A DNA stretch of 64,000 bases from Octopus sinensis. Its lineage: Eukaryota. The notes beneath the pieces were generated by a model. That model worked only from the letters and a program-made list of their open reading frames with translations. It was not told the DNA's origin and did no database searches. The stretch is taken from the NCBI RefSeq assembly GCF_006345805.1, contig NW_021835471.1, forward strand, positions 1-64,000. Direction: 5' to 3'. Each line of letters starts with the position of its first letter. Position 1 is the stretch's first letter. A program made the translations under genes and the position numbers. Below are positions 1 to 12,544 of the stretch, piece by piece.

Positions 1-290
1 TCAGTGTCTCTTGCCATACTACTAGGTGACAGGGACGTAAACACACCACCATCGGTTGTCAAGCAATGCTAGGGGGACAAACACAGACACAAACACACAC
101 ACACGTATATATATATATATATATATATATATAACAACGGGCTTCTTTCAATTTCCGTCTACCAAATCCACTCACAAGGCTTTGGTCAGCCCGAGGCTAT
201 AGTAGAAGACACTTGCCCAAGGTGCCATGCAGTGGGACTGAACCCGGAACCATGTGGTTGGTAAACAAGCTACTTACCACACAGCCACTT
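1..290 (-). mobile_element. SINE family C (representative dispersed copy; others at ~1326-1715, 5815-6140, 8590-9260, 12160-12525, 34985-35580, 43040-43460, 51995-52575, 54710-55445, 56150-56590, 60440-60945, 61880-62180)
   Basis: Recurrent ccaaatccactcacaaggc...agaagacacttgcccaag...taccacacagccact. Confidence 0.9.
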
Positions 291-877
291 ACACAGGGTC
301 GGCATTTGGTGACCTTTATGTAGTAAAACACACAAAAAATAAACAAAATACAGACATGCAACAGAGTTGAAGGCAGATTTCCCTCTGCCTTTATAACATA
401 AAGAAAACGGTGTTGTAGGAGTGCATGCAGCATGTGTACTACAGCAGTTCTATGCATAGCTTTGATACTGAGATTGAAAAGCAGGGGAGAATTTCGCCTA
501 CCTAATCTACAAAATAATAAAATATTTTCCATTTTATGCATAATAATCAGAGTAACCTTCATAATTTTATTGAATTAGGTGCATATTTTGCCATAAAAGG
601 AAAATATTGCTATCAGTCTATTTTATTTAAGGTAGGCACTGCATAATGTGACCGTGTGTGTATCGTTGGCGATATTTTTTCTCTGTCTTCCCTTCCTTGG
701 ATCTTTCCTTTTCCTATGCTTCTGATGAAGAGCTCTGCTCGAAACATTAAATCCTCCTTTCTTTCCTTTCCTGAGCGTCCAATAATACTATATTTGTTCC
801 ACATCCTCGCGTTGTTGAGTTTTCTCTTTGTTCATGTTTGGATTAACTATACATTCATACATGCATATATATATATG

Positions 878-930
<53 letters not shown>

Positions 931-1030
931 AGTGAGGGAATAAAATCCAAACCTTACAAAGAAAAAAATTCAATTTAGAGATACTAAATCAAATTTCACA
1001 CAATATAATATATATATATAAAAAATTAGA

Positions 1031-1320
1031 AAACACCCACCTTTTTATCAATTAAATTACACCATCTAGAAAATTACATATAACAGAAATATTAAAAATA
1101 AAATAACAATAAAATGTCAATGATTAAGTAAATTGCAAAAAAATAATAAAAACGTATATAATAAAACGTATACCAATTATATACGTTTTATAATTTTTTT
1201 GCAATTTACTTAATCATTGACATTTTATTGTTATTTTAATTTTAATATTTCTATTATATGTAATTTTCTAGATGGTGTAATTTATTTGTTCATTTTGAAT
1301 TGATAAAAGGTGGGTTTTTT
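1031..1320. repeat. AT-rich palindrome with ~130-bp arms
   Basis: cccacctttttatcaatt...aaaacgtatataat mirrored by attatatacgtttt...aattgataaaaggtggg; one ~15-nt indel. Confidence 0.85.
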
Positions 1321-1727
1321 TCCTTGTGGTAAGTAGCTTGTTTACCAACCACATGGTTCCGGGTTCAGTCCCACTGCGTGTCATCTTCGGCAAGTGTCTT
1401 CTGCTATAGCCTCGGGCCGACCAATGCCTTGTGAGTGGATTTGGTAGACGGAAACCGAAAGAAGCCTGTCGTATATATGTATATATATGTATATATGTGT
1501 GTGTGTGTTTGTGTTTGTCCTCCTAGCATTGCTTGACAACCGATGCTGATGTGTTTACGTCCCCGTCACTTAGCGGTTTGGCAAAAGAGACCAATAGAAT
1601 AAGTACTGGGATTACAAAGAATAAGTCCCAAGGTCGAGTTGCTCGATTAAAGGCGGTGCTCCAGCATGGCTGCAGTCAAATGACTGAAACAAGTAAAAGA
1701 GTAAAAGAGTAAGAGTGTATATATATA

Positions 1728-3756
1728 GATGAGATGCAGTTTGGTTTCGTGCCAGGGAAAAGTACCACTGATGCTATATTCCTGGTAAGGCAGCTGCAGG
1801 AGAAATACCTAGCCAAAGATAAAGCCCTGTACCTGGCTTTTGTTGACATGGAGAAAGCCTTTGACAGGTCCCCCCGATCCCTCATATGGTGGTCAATGAG
1901 GAAACTAGGAAAGATGAATGGTTAGTGAGAGCTGTGCAAGCCATGTACAGGGACGCTGCTAGTAAGGTGAGGGTTGGCAATGAGTACGTGAAGATTCCGG
2001 GTAGAGGGTAGAGGTAGGGGTCCACCAAGGCTCAGTCCTCAGCTCCCTCCTATTTATCATAGTCCTCCAGGCAATAACGGAGGAATTCAAGACAGGATGC
2101 CCCTGGGAGCTCTCTATGCTGATGACCTTGCTCTAATTGCTGAGTCATTATCAGAAATGGAGAAGAAGTTTCAGGTGTGGAAGCATGGTTAGAATCGAAA
2201 GGCCTTAGAGTCAACCTAGCTAAAACCAAAGTCCTAATAAGTAGGAAGGTAGACAAATCACAAACGCCCTTCTTCGGTAGATGGCCCTGCTCATCTGTAG
2301 AAAAGGTGTAGGTAGAAAACTCTATAAGATGCACCAAGTGTAAGCTATGGACACATAAGAGGTGCAGCAATGTCATAGGAAGGCTAACTAGGAAGATGGT
2401 TTTTGTATGTGGCAGATGCTCGGGAGCATTAACCTCTGAAAATCTGCAGAAAACAACTTCCGTCACTTTCCAGGGGGAAAAACTAGAAGTAGTTGATAGC
2501 TTCCGTTATCTAGGTGACCAAGTCGGTAGTGGGGGTGGGTGTGCTGAAAGTGTAACGGCTAGAGTAAGAATAGCCTGGGCAAAGTTTAGGGAGCTCTTAC
2601 CTCTGTTGGTGACTAAAGGCCTCTCGCTCAGAGTAAAAGGGAGACTGTATGATGCATGTGTACGAACAGCCATGCTACATGGCAGTGAAACATGGGCCGT
2701 GACTGCTGAGGACATGCGTAAGCTCGCGAGAAATGAAGCTAGTATGCTCCGTTGGATGTGTAATGTCAGTGTTCATAGTCGACAGAGTGTAAGTACCTTG
2801 AGAGAAAAGTTGGACCTAAGAGGAATCAGATGTTGTGTGCAAGAGAGACGATGAGGCGATTGCGCTGGTATGGTCATGTGGTGGAGATGGATGAAGATAG
2901 GTGTGTGAAAAAGTGCCACACCCTGGCAGTTGAGGGGACCTGTGGAAGAGGTAGACCAGGAAACCTGGGTCGAGGTGGTGAAGCACGACCTTCGAACTCT
3001 AGGTCTCACCAAGGAAATGACCAGAGACCGAGACCTATGGAAGTATGCTGTGCGTGAGAAGACCCGCAAAACCAGTGAGAACAATCAAAATCAAAATAAT
3101 CAGAAAGCAGGGTTACAGACCCATCGTTCGTGTCCCTGTCAGCCTCGTCTGGCACCGTGCCGTGGTGATACGTAAAAGCACCATTCGCTCGTGGCCGTTT
3201 GCCAGCTCTGCTGCCCCGTGCGTGGCACGTAAAAGACATCTGTTCATGTTCGTTGCCAGCTCGTCTGGCCCCGTGCGTGACACGTAAAAGCACCGTCCAC
3301 TCGGGCTGTTTTGCCAGCTCTGTCTGGCAAACGTGTCGTGGCACGTAAAAGCACCATCCGTTCGTGCCGTTTGCCAGCTCTGTCGGCCCCATGTCGGTGG
3401 CACGTAAAAGCACCATCTGTTCATGTCGTTGCCAGCCTCGGCTGGCCCCCGTGCCGGTGACACGTAAAAGCACCGCCGCTCGTGTCCATTGCCGCATCGC
3501 CTGGCCCCGTGCGGGTGACACGTAAAAGCACCATCCGTTCGTGCCGTTGTGGCCAGCTCTGTCTGGCACCTGTGCAGTGGCCGTAAAAACACCCACTACA
3601 CTCGCGGAGTGGTGGCTTTAGAAGGCATCAGCCTAGAAACACTGCCAGATCGACTGGGCCTGACGAAGTTCCCCTTCACAGACCCAGTTGACCCGTCCAA
3701 CCCATGCTAGCATGGAAAGCGGATGCTAAACGATGATGATGATGATGATGATGATA
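1728..3756 (+). mobile_element. 5'-truncated, frameshifted RTE-type LINE: RT domain with embedded PHD-like finger, C-terminus, minisatellite-containing 3' UTR and (GAT)n tail
   Basis: QFGFVPGKSTTDAIF, AFVDMEKAFDR, HQGSVLS, YADDL, FRYLG, MLHGSETW and LRWYGHV motifs across frames; ~60-bp cacgtaaaagcacc repeats at 3170-3590; gatgatgat tail at 3730-3755. Confidence 0.92.
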
Positions 3757-3889
3757 TACACACAGACACATACATTGTTATATATAAGAGATACAGAAAT
3801 ATGGGGCTGTGTAATTAAGAAGCTCTCTTCCTTACAAAAGGGCTCAAACTCGTTTCTCAGCACATGAGAGACAGTATTGTCTTCCAAAC

Positions 3890-4371
3890 CATACAAATAG
3901 TGGTAGCAGTGGTGGTGGTCATCGTGTTGGTGGTGGTGGTGGTGATAGTGATGATAGTAGTGGCATGGTGGTGATGGTGGTGATGATGATGATGATGGTG
4001 GTGATGGTGGTGGTGATGGTGGTGGTATTGGTGGTGGTTGGTGGAGGGTCAGAAAGGAAAGAGCCACGGCTGTTGACTGTTGAAGTTATGGCAAAATTTG
4101 TCCTTGCACGTTTTTCATCGTTCTGTCCACATTGGGACATTTTGGTATGTGGACACCATGTATGCACAAAGGACTTGTGAACATATATATATGCGTGTAT
4201 GAGTGTGTGTGTGTGGGTATATACATATATATGGGTGGTGTATAATATATATATATATATATTCATACATAGATATATAGATAGATATATATATATATAT
4301 ATATATATATACATTACATACATACATATATATTGTATAAGATATATATAGCTATATATATTATATAATAT

Positions 4372-4402
<31 letters not shown>

Positions 4403-4429
4403 GGCCACACAGGTATGTGTGTATATGTT

Positions 4430-4463
<34 letters not shown>

Positions 4464-4650
4464 TGAATGCATATATAGACATGTATGTCTATATATACAT
4501 GTGTGTGTATATACATATATATATATATATGCACACATTTATACATGTACATGTGTTTGTGTATATACATATACATACACATATATACATATATGTGTGT
4601 GTATATATATATACATATATATGTATATATGCATATATATATGTGTACAC

Positions 4651-4685
<35 letters not shown>

Positions 4686-4714
4686 CATATATATGTGTGT
4701 ATATATGCATATAA

Positions 4715-4745
<31 letters not shown>

Positions 4746-4945
4746 ATATATAATATATAGACATACACATGTGTATGTGAGGTTATATCCTTGTATACAT
4801 ACATATACACACACATATATACATATATATAAGTGTTGCATAGTCATATGCAAAGAGCCTTTCCATCATATATACACAACTTCTACCACCACAACTACCC
4901 TACCACCACCACGACCACCACCACTGCCGCCACCACCACCATCTA
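3890..4945. repeat. Compound microsatellite field: (GGT/GAT)n, (AT)n, (GT)n, (ACC)n
   Basis: Directly visible; similar fields at 8325-8520, 33900-34570, 47025-47300 and 58240-58510. Confidence 0.95.
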
Positions 4946-5163
4946 CCCCAGGAAGGGACCAAGTCACCTGACACGTCATTTGTATTCCAGTTCCCTCCAC
5001 AACATCAACCGGGTGAAGCGAGGAACTATCGCTGTCTTACTCTGCTCCCTACATATTCTCTGCCCCCGAGTTTCCGTTGCAGAAGCTAACCAAACCCTCA
5101 ACCAGTTATTAAAAAGAGAAAGGACAAAAAAAAAAAAAAAAAAAGGGATTTATACGTTCGACC

Positions 5164-5347
5164 ATGGAAAGATGGATTCTAAAAGGGTTCACTGTGGTCC
5201 TTGTTTGTCTAGTGCTCCAGCTGGTCACACCGGTTCTCCTGATTTCATCAAAAGATGTTGCAACCTCCAAGCAGGGGCCCTTCAGAAATGGCTTTAGGAT
5301 CAGGACTTCAACGCTGCCCCCTAAATTCAAGCCTAGCAAACTTGTGG
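5164..5347 (+). CDS. Galaxin-like secreted protein, coding exon 1 (signal peptide + basic linker): MERWILKGFTVVLVCLVLQLVTPVLLISSKDVATSKQGPFRNGFRIRTSTLPPKFKPSKLV
   Basis: ATG in accATGG context, hydrophobic N-terminal stretch, 184 nt (61 codons + 1) ending at consensus donor GG|GTAAGT (5348). Non-repetitive sequence; phase 1 matches the exon at 9357. Confidence 0.85.
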
Positions 5348-5419
5348 GTAAGTTTAAGGGACAAATGACTCACTTGTTTATATTTATTTCGTTATTTGTT
5401 TTTCTTTTGCAAGGTTCTG

Positions 5420-5770
5420 TTTGTTGTTGTTGTTTAGCCCCAGGTCAGTCCTGGTCTAGACAGACCAATGATCAAAGATGTTCCAGGTGTGACCATCCCA
5501 TCTTTTATTCAGGCATAGTGTATCTAGGACTACATTATGCAATGTATAGTATAGGAGTTAGTATTAGTGGCTTTAATTGTTGTTGTTGTTTAGCCCAAGG
5601 TCAGTCCTGATCCAGACAGGCCTATGATCAAGGATGTTCCAGCTGTGACCATCCCACCTTTTATTCAGGCATAGTGTATCTAGGACTACATTATCTAATG
5701 TATAGTATAGTAGTTAGTATTAGTGGCTCTAGTTGTTGTTTTTTAGCCCTAGGTCAATCCTGGTCCAATA
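5420..5770. repeat. ~158-bp tandem repeat (about 2.3 copies) in the galaxin-like intron
   Basis: tgttgttgtttagcc...ttagtattagtggct repeated. Confidence 0.85.
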
Positions 5771-6203
5771 ACAACAGCCACAAATACTATCTATGATACA
5801 ATCATATATACATATATGTGTACACACACACATATTCCTTTACTTGTTTCAGTCATTTGACTGTGGCCATGCTGGAATGTCACCTTTAGTCGAACAAGCT
5901 GACCACAGGACTTATTCTTTTGTAAGCCTAGTATTTCTTATTTCGGACCCTTTTGCTGAAGTGCTAAGTTTACGGGGATGCAAACACACCAGCATCAGTC
6001 GTCAAGTGTTGGTGGGGGGACAAACACAGACACACACACACAAACATGTATATGTATGTGTGTGTGTGTTGGACTTCTTTCAGTTTCCGTTTACCAAATC
6101 CACTCACAAGGCAGTGGTTGGCCTAAGGATGTAGTAGAAAGAACATAAATCCATAAATATGTATATATGTATATGTATATATGTATATATGTATATCTAT
6201 ATA

Positions 6204-7430
6204 TCATCATCATTGTTCAACCGTGGTCGAGACAATGGAATTTACTATGTTACGCCAGACTTCACAGTCCATTATAGCATTATGGAGGTCCTGTTGCTGG
6301 ATGCCTGTATCCCTGGAGATTACATCAGGGTAGGGAGTGTGCGCCCTCTGGTATCGCGACTGTGGTCGAGACAATGGAATTTACATGCTACGCCAGACTT
6401 CATGGTCCATTATAGCATTATGGAGGTCCTGTTGCTGGATGCTGTATCCTGGAGATTACATCAGGGTAGCAGAGCGTGCGCCCTCTGGTATCGCGACTGT
6501 GGTCGAGACAATGGAATTTACCATGCTACGCCAGACTTCATGGTCCATTATAGCATTATGGAGGTCCTGTTGCTGGATGCTTGTATCCCTGGAGATTACA
6601 TCAGGGTAGCAGAGCGTGCGCCCTCTGGTATCGCGACTGTGGTCGAGACAATGGAATTTACCATGCTACGCCAGACTTCATGGTCCATTATAGCATTATG
6701 GAGGTCCTGTTGCTGGATGCTTGTATCCCTGGAGATTACATCAGGGTAGCAGAGCGTGCGCCCTCTGGTATCGCGACTGTGGTCGAGACAATGGAATTTA
6801 CCATGCTACGCCAGACTTCACGGTCCATCATGGCATTACGGAGGTCCTGTTGCTGGATGCCTGTATCCCTGGAGATTACACCAGGGTAGGAGAGTGTGCA
6901 CCCTCTGGTATTGCAACTGTGGTCGAGACAATGGAATTTACCATGCTACGCCAGACTTCACAGTCCATCAAGGCATTACGGAGGTCCTGTTGTTGGATGC
7001 CTGTATCCCTGGAGATTACATCATGGTAGGAGAGTGTGCACCCTCTGGTATCGCGAGCAGATGGCTTCCAGAGGAGAAGAGTAGAAATTACTTCTTTTTC
7101 CAGCTCTACAACAATGTCCAGCAAACTGGATTCTTCTACCTTTCACAAGAGATGACACAGGTGGTAGTTTCCCATATATTTGTACTTTGGTTGGATGGTG
7201 CTTCCACAAGAGATTTTGAGCTCTCATAAGGAGGCGAATGTAAGTTCCATCCAACCGCCTCACAAAATTCTTTGATAACGTCCAGGTTTCTGAGCCATAT
7301 AGTAGAATTGGTTCGACTGTGGCTTTGAATATTTCAAGTTTGAAGTCTCTACTAAGATTTGATGACCAGATCTTATGCATATCATTACAGGCTGCCCAGG
7401 CCATACCCTTTCTAGTTAGAAAATGATGAT
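6204..7430 (-). mobile_element. Same LINE family 3' end, minus strand, with its last ~140 bp in about 6 tandem copies (6222-7053)
   Basis: ORF 7021-7464 contains PILLYGSETW and QFAGHC; gtggtcgagacaatggaattt recurs at ~6222, 6361, 6500, 6640, 6780 and 6920. Confidence 0.88.
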
Positions 7431-7439
7431 ATGTATGAC

Positions 7440-8295
7440 CCATCATCATCATCATCATCATCATTGTTTAGCGTCCGTTTTCCATGCTAGCATGGGTTGG
7501 ACAGTTTAACTGGGGTCTGTGAAGCCGGAAGGCTTCATCAGGCCTAGTCAGATCTGGGAGTGTTTCTATGGCTCGATGCCCTTCCTAACGCCAACCACTC
7601 CGTGAGTGTAGTGGGTGCTTTTTACGTGCCACCCACACAGGTGCCAGACAGATCTGGCAAACGGCCACGAACGGATGGTGCTTTTTATGTGCCACCGGCA
7701 CGGGGGCCAGGCGAGGCTGGCAACGGACACGAACGGATGGTGCTTTTTACGTGCCACCGGCACGGGGGCCAGTCGGGGCGGCGCTGGCAAGATATTTGTA
7801 ATCAGAAACCATATTTAAGAGCATATTGGAATGTATATATAAAAATACAGTGTACATTTAAACACATAAGAGATGGCCATAACAGGACATCTGACTGGCT
7901 AGAAAGAGTAGTTAAACTCCAAACCACTAATAGTTGTAACTCTGACTGGGAATGAAAAATAGAAACATTTACCCTATTTTTCCTGGAGTATGCATACTTT
8001 CAAGCAATCTTTTGTAAATAAATTTACAATTGGCGAAGCTCTCTTCAGCAGGAACCCAAGGCTAACATATAAATATGAGGCGATAAAGAACATGCCATAT
8101 ATACATCATCATCATCGTTTAACGTCTGCTTTCCATGCTGGCATGGGTTGGACGATTTGACTGAGGGCTGGCGAACCAGATGGCTGCACCAGGCTCCAGT
8201 CTTGATCTGGCAGAATTTCTACACTCGGATGCCCTTCCTAATGCCAAACACTCCGAGAGTGTAGTAGGTGCTTTTTACGTGCCCAGGCTTCTTTC
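7440..8295 (-). mobile_element. Two minus-strand copies of the RTE 3' UTR/tail (7440-7790 and 8104-8290)
   Basis: Reverse complement of the 3590-3755 terminus: (CAT)n, ccatgctagcatgggttgg, gatgcccttcctaa, ttttacgtgcc. Confidence 0.8.
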
Positions 8296-8323
8296 AGTTG
8301 CTGTCTACCAAATCCACTCACAA

Positions 8324-8356
<33 letters not shown>

Positions 8357-9356
8357 TTGATGTTGATGACGGTGGGGGTGGGGGTGGTGGTAGCTATGGT
8401 GGTGGTTTTGATGACGATGAGGATGATGATAGTGATGAGTATCATGATGATGATGATGATGACAAGAACGATAGTAATGATAATGATGATGAAGATGATA
8501 ATGATGACGATGATGCTGTCAGCAACAAAGAAAGCAATGGTATTTTTTGTTTGACTCTTTGTTACTTTTTTTTTCTCTTTTACAATTTTCCTTTTACTCT
8601 TTTACTTGTTTCAGTCATTTGACTGTGGCCATGCTGGAGCACCGCCTTTAATCGAGCAACTCGACCCTGGGACTTATTCTTTGTAAGCCCAGTACTTATT
8701 CTATCGGTCTCTTTTGCCGAACCGCTAAGTGACGGGGACGTAAACACACCAGCATCGGTTGTCAAGCAATGCTAGGGGGACAAACACAGACACACAAACA
8801 TACACGCACATACATATATATATACATATATACGACAGGCTTCTTTCAGTTTCCGTCTACCAAATCCACTCACAAGGCATTGGTCGGCCCGGGGCTATAG
8901 CAGAAGACACTTGCCCAAGATGCCACGAGGTGGAACTGAACCCAGAACCATGTGGTTGGTTAGCAAGCTACTTACCACACAGCCACTCCTGCACCTATGT
9001 ATATATACGTATATACGACAGGTTTCTTTCAGTTTCCATCTACCAAATCCACTCACAAGGCATTGGTCGTCCTGGGCTATAGCAGAAGACACTTGCCCAA
9101 GATGCCACACAGTGGAACTGAACCCGGAACCATGTGGTTGGTTAGCAAGCTACTTACCACACAGCCACTCCTGTGTCTGTTTGTTACTTTTTTTTTCTTT
9201 TTTACAATTTTCCTTTTTCCTTTTACTTGTTTCAGTCATTTGGCTGTGGCCATGCTGGAGCACCGCATTTAGTCTTCATCTCTTTTTAATTTATTTTTTC
9301 TTACATTCCTTCTTTTTCACATTTTTTTCCTTCCACCCAACTTCATCTCATTTCAG

Positions 9357-9532
9357 CAAAATGTGGATCAGTTTTCTATACCTCACGTCAGAAAATCTGC
9401 TGTGGCAGCCGTCTATTCAACAGGACAGGTTTCAAACCCAACTGCTGTGGTTCAAAACAGTACGATGCCATGTTTGACATATGCTGCAAGGAAAATATCA
9501 TCACGAAAGTCCATCAGCCATTAAATTGCTGA
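9357..9532 (+). CDS. Galaxin-like secreted protein, terminal coding exon: (A)KCGSVFYTSRQKICCGSRLFNRTGFKPNCCGSKQYDAMFDICCKENIITKVHQPLNC*
   Basis: Long pyrimidine tract and tttcag acceptor at 9356; phase-1 reading is open to TGA 9530-9532. Cys spacing C-x11-CC-x13-CC-x11-CC-x13-C matches the dicysteine repeat of galaxins. Joined CDS is 360 nt (119 aa). Confidence 0.85.
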
Positions 9533-9586
9533 TCCAGGGTTCACATCTCACGTTGGTCCTAATTTACCCATGTTCTTCTTATCGTC

Positions 9587-9592
9587 AATAAA
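9587..9592 (+). terminator. Polyadenylation signal AATAAA of the galaxin-like gene
   Basis: AATAAA 55 nt after the stop codon, with ATTAAA at 9597-9602. Confidence 0.6.
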
Positions 9593-9629
9593 TACAATTA
9601 AAACATGATCAATCTGTTGGCATCTGTTT

Positions 9630-10735
9630 AGAGAAATACCCTGTCTTTGTTGCAATTAATTTTGAAATTAATGAAGAATTTAGTAAAATAGCTCTGTCCT
9701 TATTAAGCTGGTGTTTGGAACATAAATTAACATAAATTAACATAAATTAACATGAAATTTTGATTGAATGTTTTAACTTGGATACACTTTAACCATTTTC
9801 TTAGCATATTTCTGTCGAAAGACACTGACTTTGTTGCAATTAATTTCGAAATTAATGAAGAATTTAGTAAAATAGCTCTGTCCTTATTAAGCTGTTGTTT
9901 GGAGCATAAATTAACATAAATTACATAAATGTTTTTTGATTGAATGTTTTAACTTGGATACACTTTAACCATTTTCTTAGCATATTTCTGTCGAAAGACA
10001 CTGACTTTGTTGCAATTAATTTCGAAATTAATGAAGAATTTAGTAAAATAGCTCTGTCCTTATTAAGCTGGTGTTTGGAACATAAATTAACATAAATTAA
10101 CATAAATTAGCATGAAATTTTGATTGAATGTTTTAATTTAGACCACTTTAACCATTTTCTTAGCATATTTCTGTCGAAAGACACTGACTTTGTTGCAATT
10201 AATTTTGAAATTAATGAAGAATTTCGTAAAATAACTGTCATTATTAAGCTGTTGTTTGGAACATAAATTAACATAAATTAACATGAAATTTTGATTGAAT
10301 GTTTTAATTAGGATCACTTTAACCATATTTCTGTTGAAAGACACTGACTTTGTTGCAAATAATTTCGAAATTAATGAAGAATTTAGTAAAATAGCTCTGT
10401 CCTTATTAAGCAGTTGTTTGGAACATAAATTAACATAAATTAACATAAATTAACATGAAATTTTGATTGAATGTTTTAATTTGGGTCACTTTAACCATTT
10501 TCTTAGCATATTTCTGTCGGAAGACACTGACTTTGTTGCAATTAATTTTGAAATTAATGAAGAATTTCGTAAAATAACTGTCATTATTAAGCTGGTATAT
10601 GGAACATAAATTAACATACATTAACGTGAAATTTCGAGGAAAGGTTTTAATTCGGATCACTTTAAACCTTTGGTTACCATATTTCTGTTGGAATACACTG
10701 CCTTTTTTAAAATTAATTATAAAGAATTTAGCTAT
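9630..10735. repeat. AT-rich ~185-bp tandem repeat related to the TTAA MITE internal sequence
   Basis: Repeated gaagaatttagtaaaatagc...ggaacataaattaacataaatt; shares aaagaatttagtaaaata...aagctagtgttaggaacataaatt with 29758-30862. Confidence 0.8.
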
Positions 10736-11169
10736 AGTAGAAGACACTTGCCCAAGGTGCCATGCAGTGGGACTGAACCCGGAACCATGAAGTTGGGAAG
10801 CAAGCTTCTTACCACATAGTCACTCCTAATATAGATGTGTGTGTGTGTGTGTGTGTGTGTTTGGCTCCTACCACTGCTTGACAACAGGTGCTGGCATGTT
10901 TACGTCCTCGTAACTTAGCAGTTCGGCAAAAATATCGATAGAATAGATATTAAGCCTTTTAAGGGAAAATGAAGTCCTGGTATCGATTTATTCGATTGAA
11001 ACCGTTCAAGGCGGTGCTCCAGCATGGCCCGCACTCAAATGACTGAAACACTCTCGCAGGCTGCGTTTCTAATATTCAGCCATATAATAATGATTCAAGG
11101 GAGTTAACTTATGTGAAAATGAACATGCACAAAAGGAAAGTTATTTCCCTTTGTTTTTATTAATATCAG

Positions 11170-12000
11170 TCACGGCCAAAAATCCAATTTTTGCGACTCC
11201 TACATACAAATACCTATTTCTTTACTACCCACAAGGGGCTAAACACAGAGAGCACAAACTAGGACAGACACACGGATTAAGTCGATTATATCGATCCCAG
11301 TTTGTAACTGGTACTTATTTAATCGACCCCGAAAGGATGAAAGGCAAAGTCGACCTCGGCAGAATTTGAACTCAGAACGTAAAGACAGACAAAATACCTA
11401 TTTCTTTACTACCCACATGGGGCTAAACACAGAGAGCACAAACAAGGACAGACACACGGATTAAGTCGATTATATCGACCCCAGTGCGTAACTGGTACTT
11501 ATTTAATCGACCCCGAAAGGATGAAAGGCAAAGTCGACCTCGGCAGAATTTGAACTCAGAACGTAGCGGCAGACGAAATACCTATTTCTTTACTACCCAC
11601 AAGGGGCTAAACACAGAGAGGACAAACAAGGACAGACACACGGATTAAGTCGATTATATCGATCCCAGTGCGTAACTGGTACTTATTTAATCGATCCCGA
11701 AAGGATGAAAGGCAAAGTCGACCTCGGCAGAATTTGAACTCAGAACGTAACGGCAGACGAAATACCTATTTCTTTACTACCCACAAGGGGCTAAACACAG
11801 AGAGGCCAAACAAGGACAGACACACGGATTAAGTCGATTATATCTACCCCAGTGCGTAACTGGTACTTATTTAATCGATCCCGAAAGGATGAAAGGCAAA
11901 ATCGACCTCGACGGAATTCGAACTCAGAACGTAACGGCAGACGAAACACGGCTACGCCTTTCGCCCGGCGTGCTAACGTTTCTGCCATCTCGCCGCCAAA
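11170..12000 (-). mobile_element. tRNA-derived SINE (family B) in about 4 tandem ~184-bp units
   Basis: aaatacctatttctttactaccc at ~11208, 11393, 11577 and 11760; head ggcggcgagatggcagaaacgttagc on the minus strand; B box gagttcaaattc. Confidence 0.88.
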
Positions 12001-12320
12001 TACCAATAAAAAATACGCCAGGCTTCTAATACGGTCGTTGAGCCTCGAAAAAATAGCAGCTAAATCTCCCTCGAACACACACACACCCTGTTTACAGTAT
12101 GAAATTAAGAATACATTTGACGACATAACTATACAAGGGTGCCGTCGCCGATTTTCTTTTTTTCTTTTACTTGTTTCAGTCATTTGATGCGGCCATGCTG
12201 GAGCAAATCGACACTGGGACTTATTCTTTGTAAGCCCAGTACCTATTCTATCGGTCTCTTTTTGCCGAACCGCTAAGTGACGGTTGTCAAGCAATGCTAG
12301 GGGGACAAACACAGACACAC

Positions 12321-12353
<33 letters not shown>

Positions 12354-12544
12354 CATATATACGACAGGCTTCTTTCAGTTTCCGTCTACCAAATCCACTC
12401 ACAAGGCTTTGGTCGGCCCGAAGCTATAGCAGAAGACACTTGCCTAAGATGCCACGCAGTGGGACTGAACCCGGAACCATGTGGTTGGTTAGCAAGCTAC
12501 TTACCACACAGCTACTCCTGCGCCTACCATTGTTTGATGTCTTT

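Noticed and set aside
3726-4971. Many 60-160-aa ORFs (IYIY, VCVC, HTHT, poly-V/M/H)
   Set aside because: Translations of (AT)n, (GT)n and (GGT)n microsatellites; the same applies at 33019-34573, 38607-39750, 47076-47303, 58185-58525 and 60536-60908.
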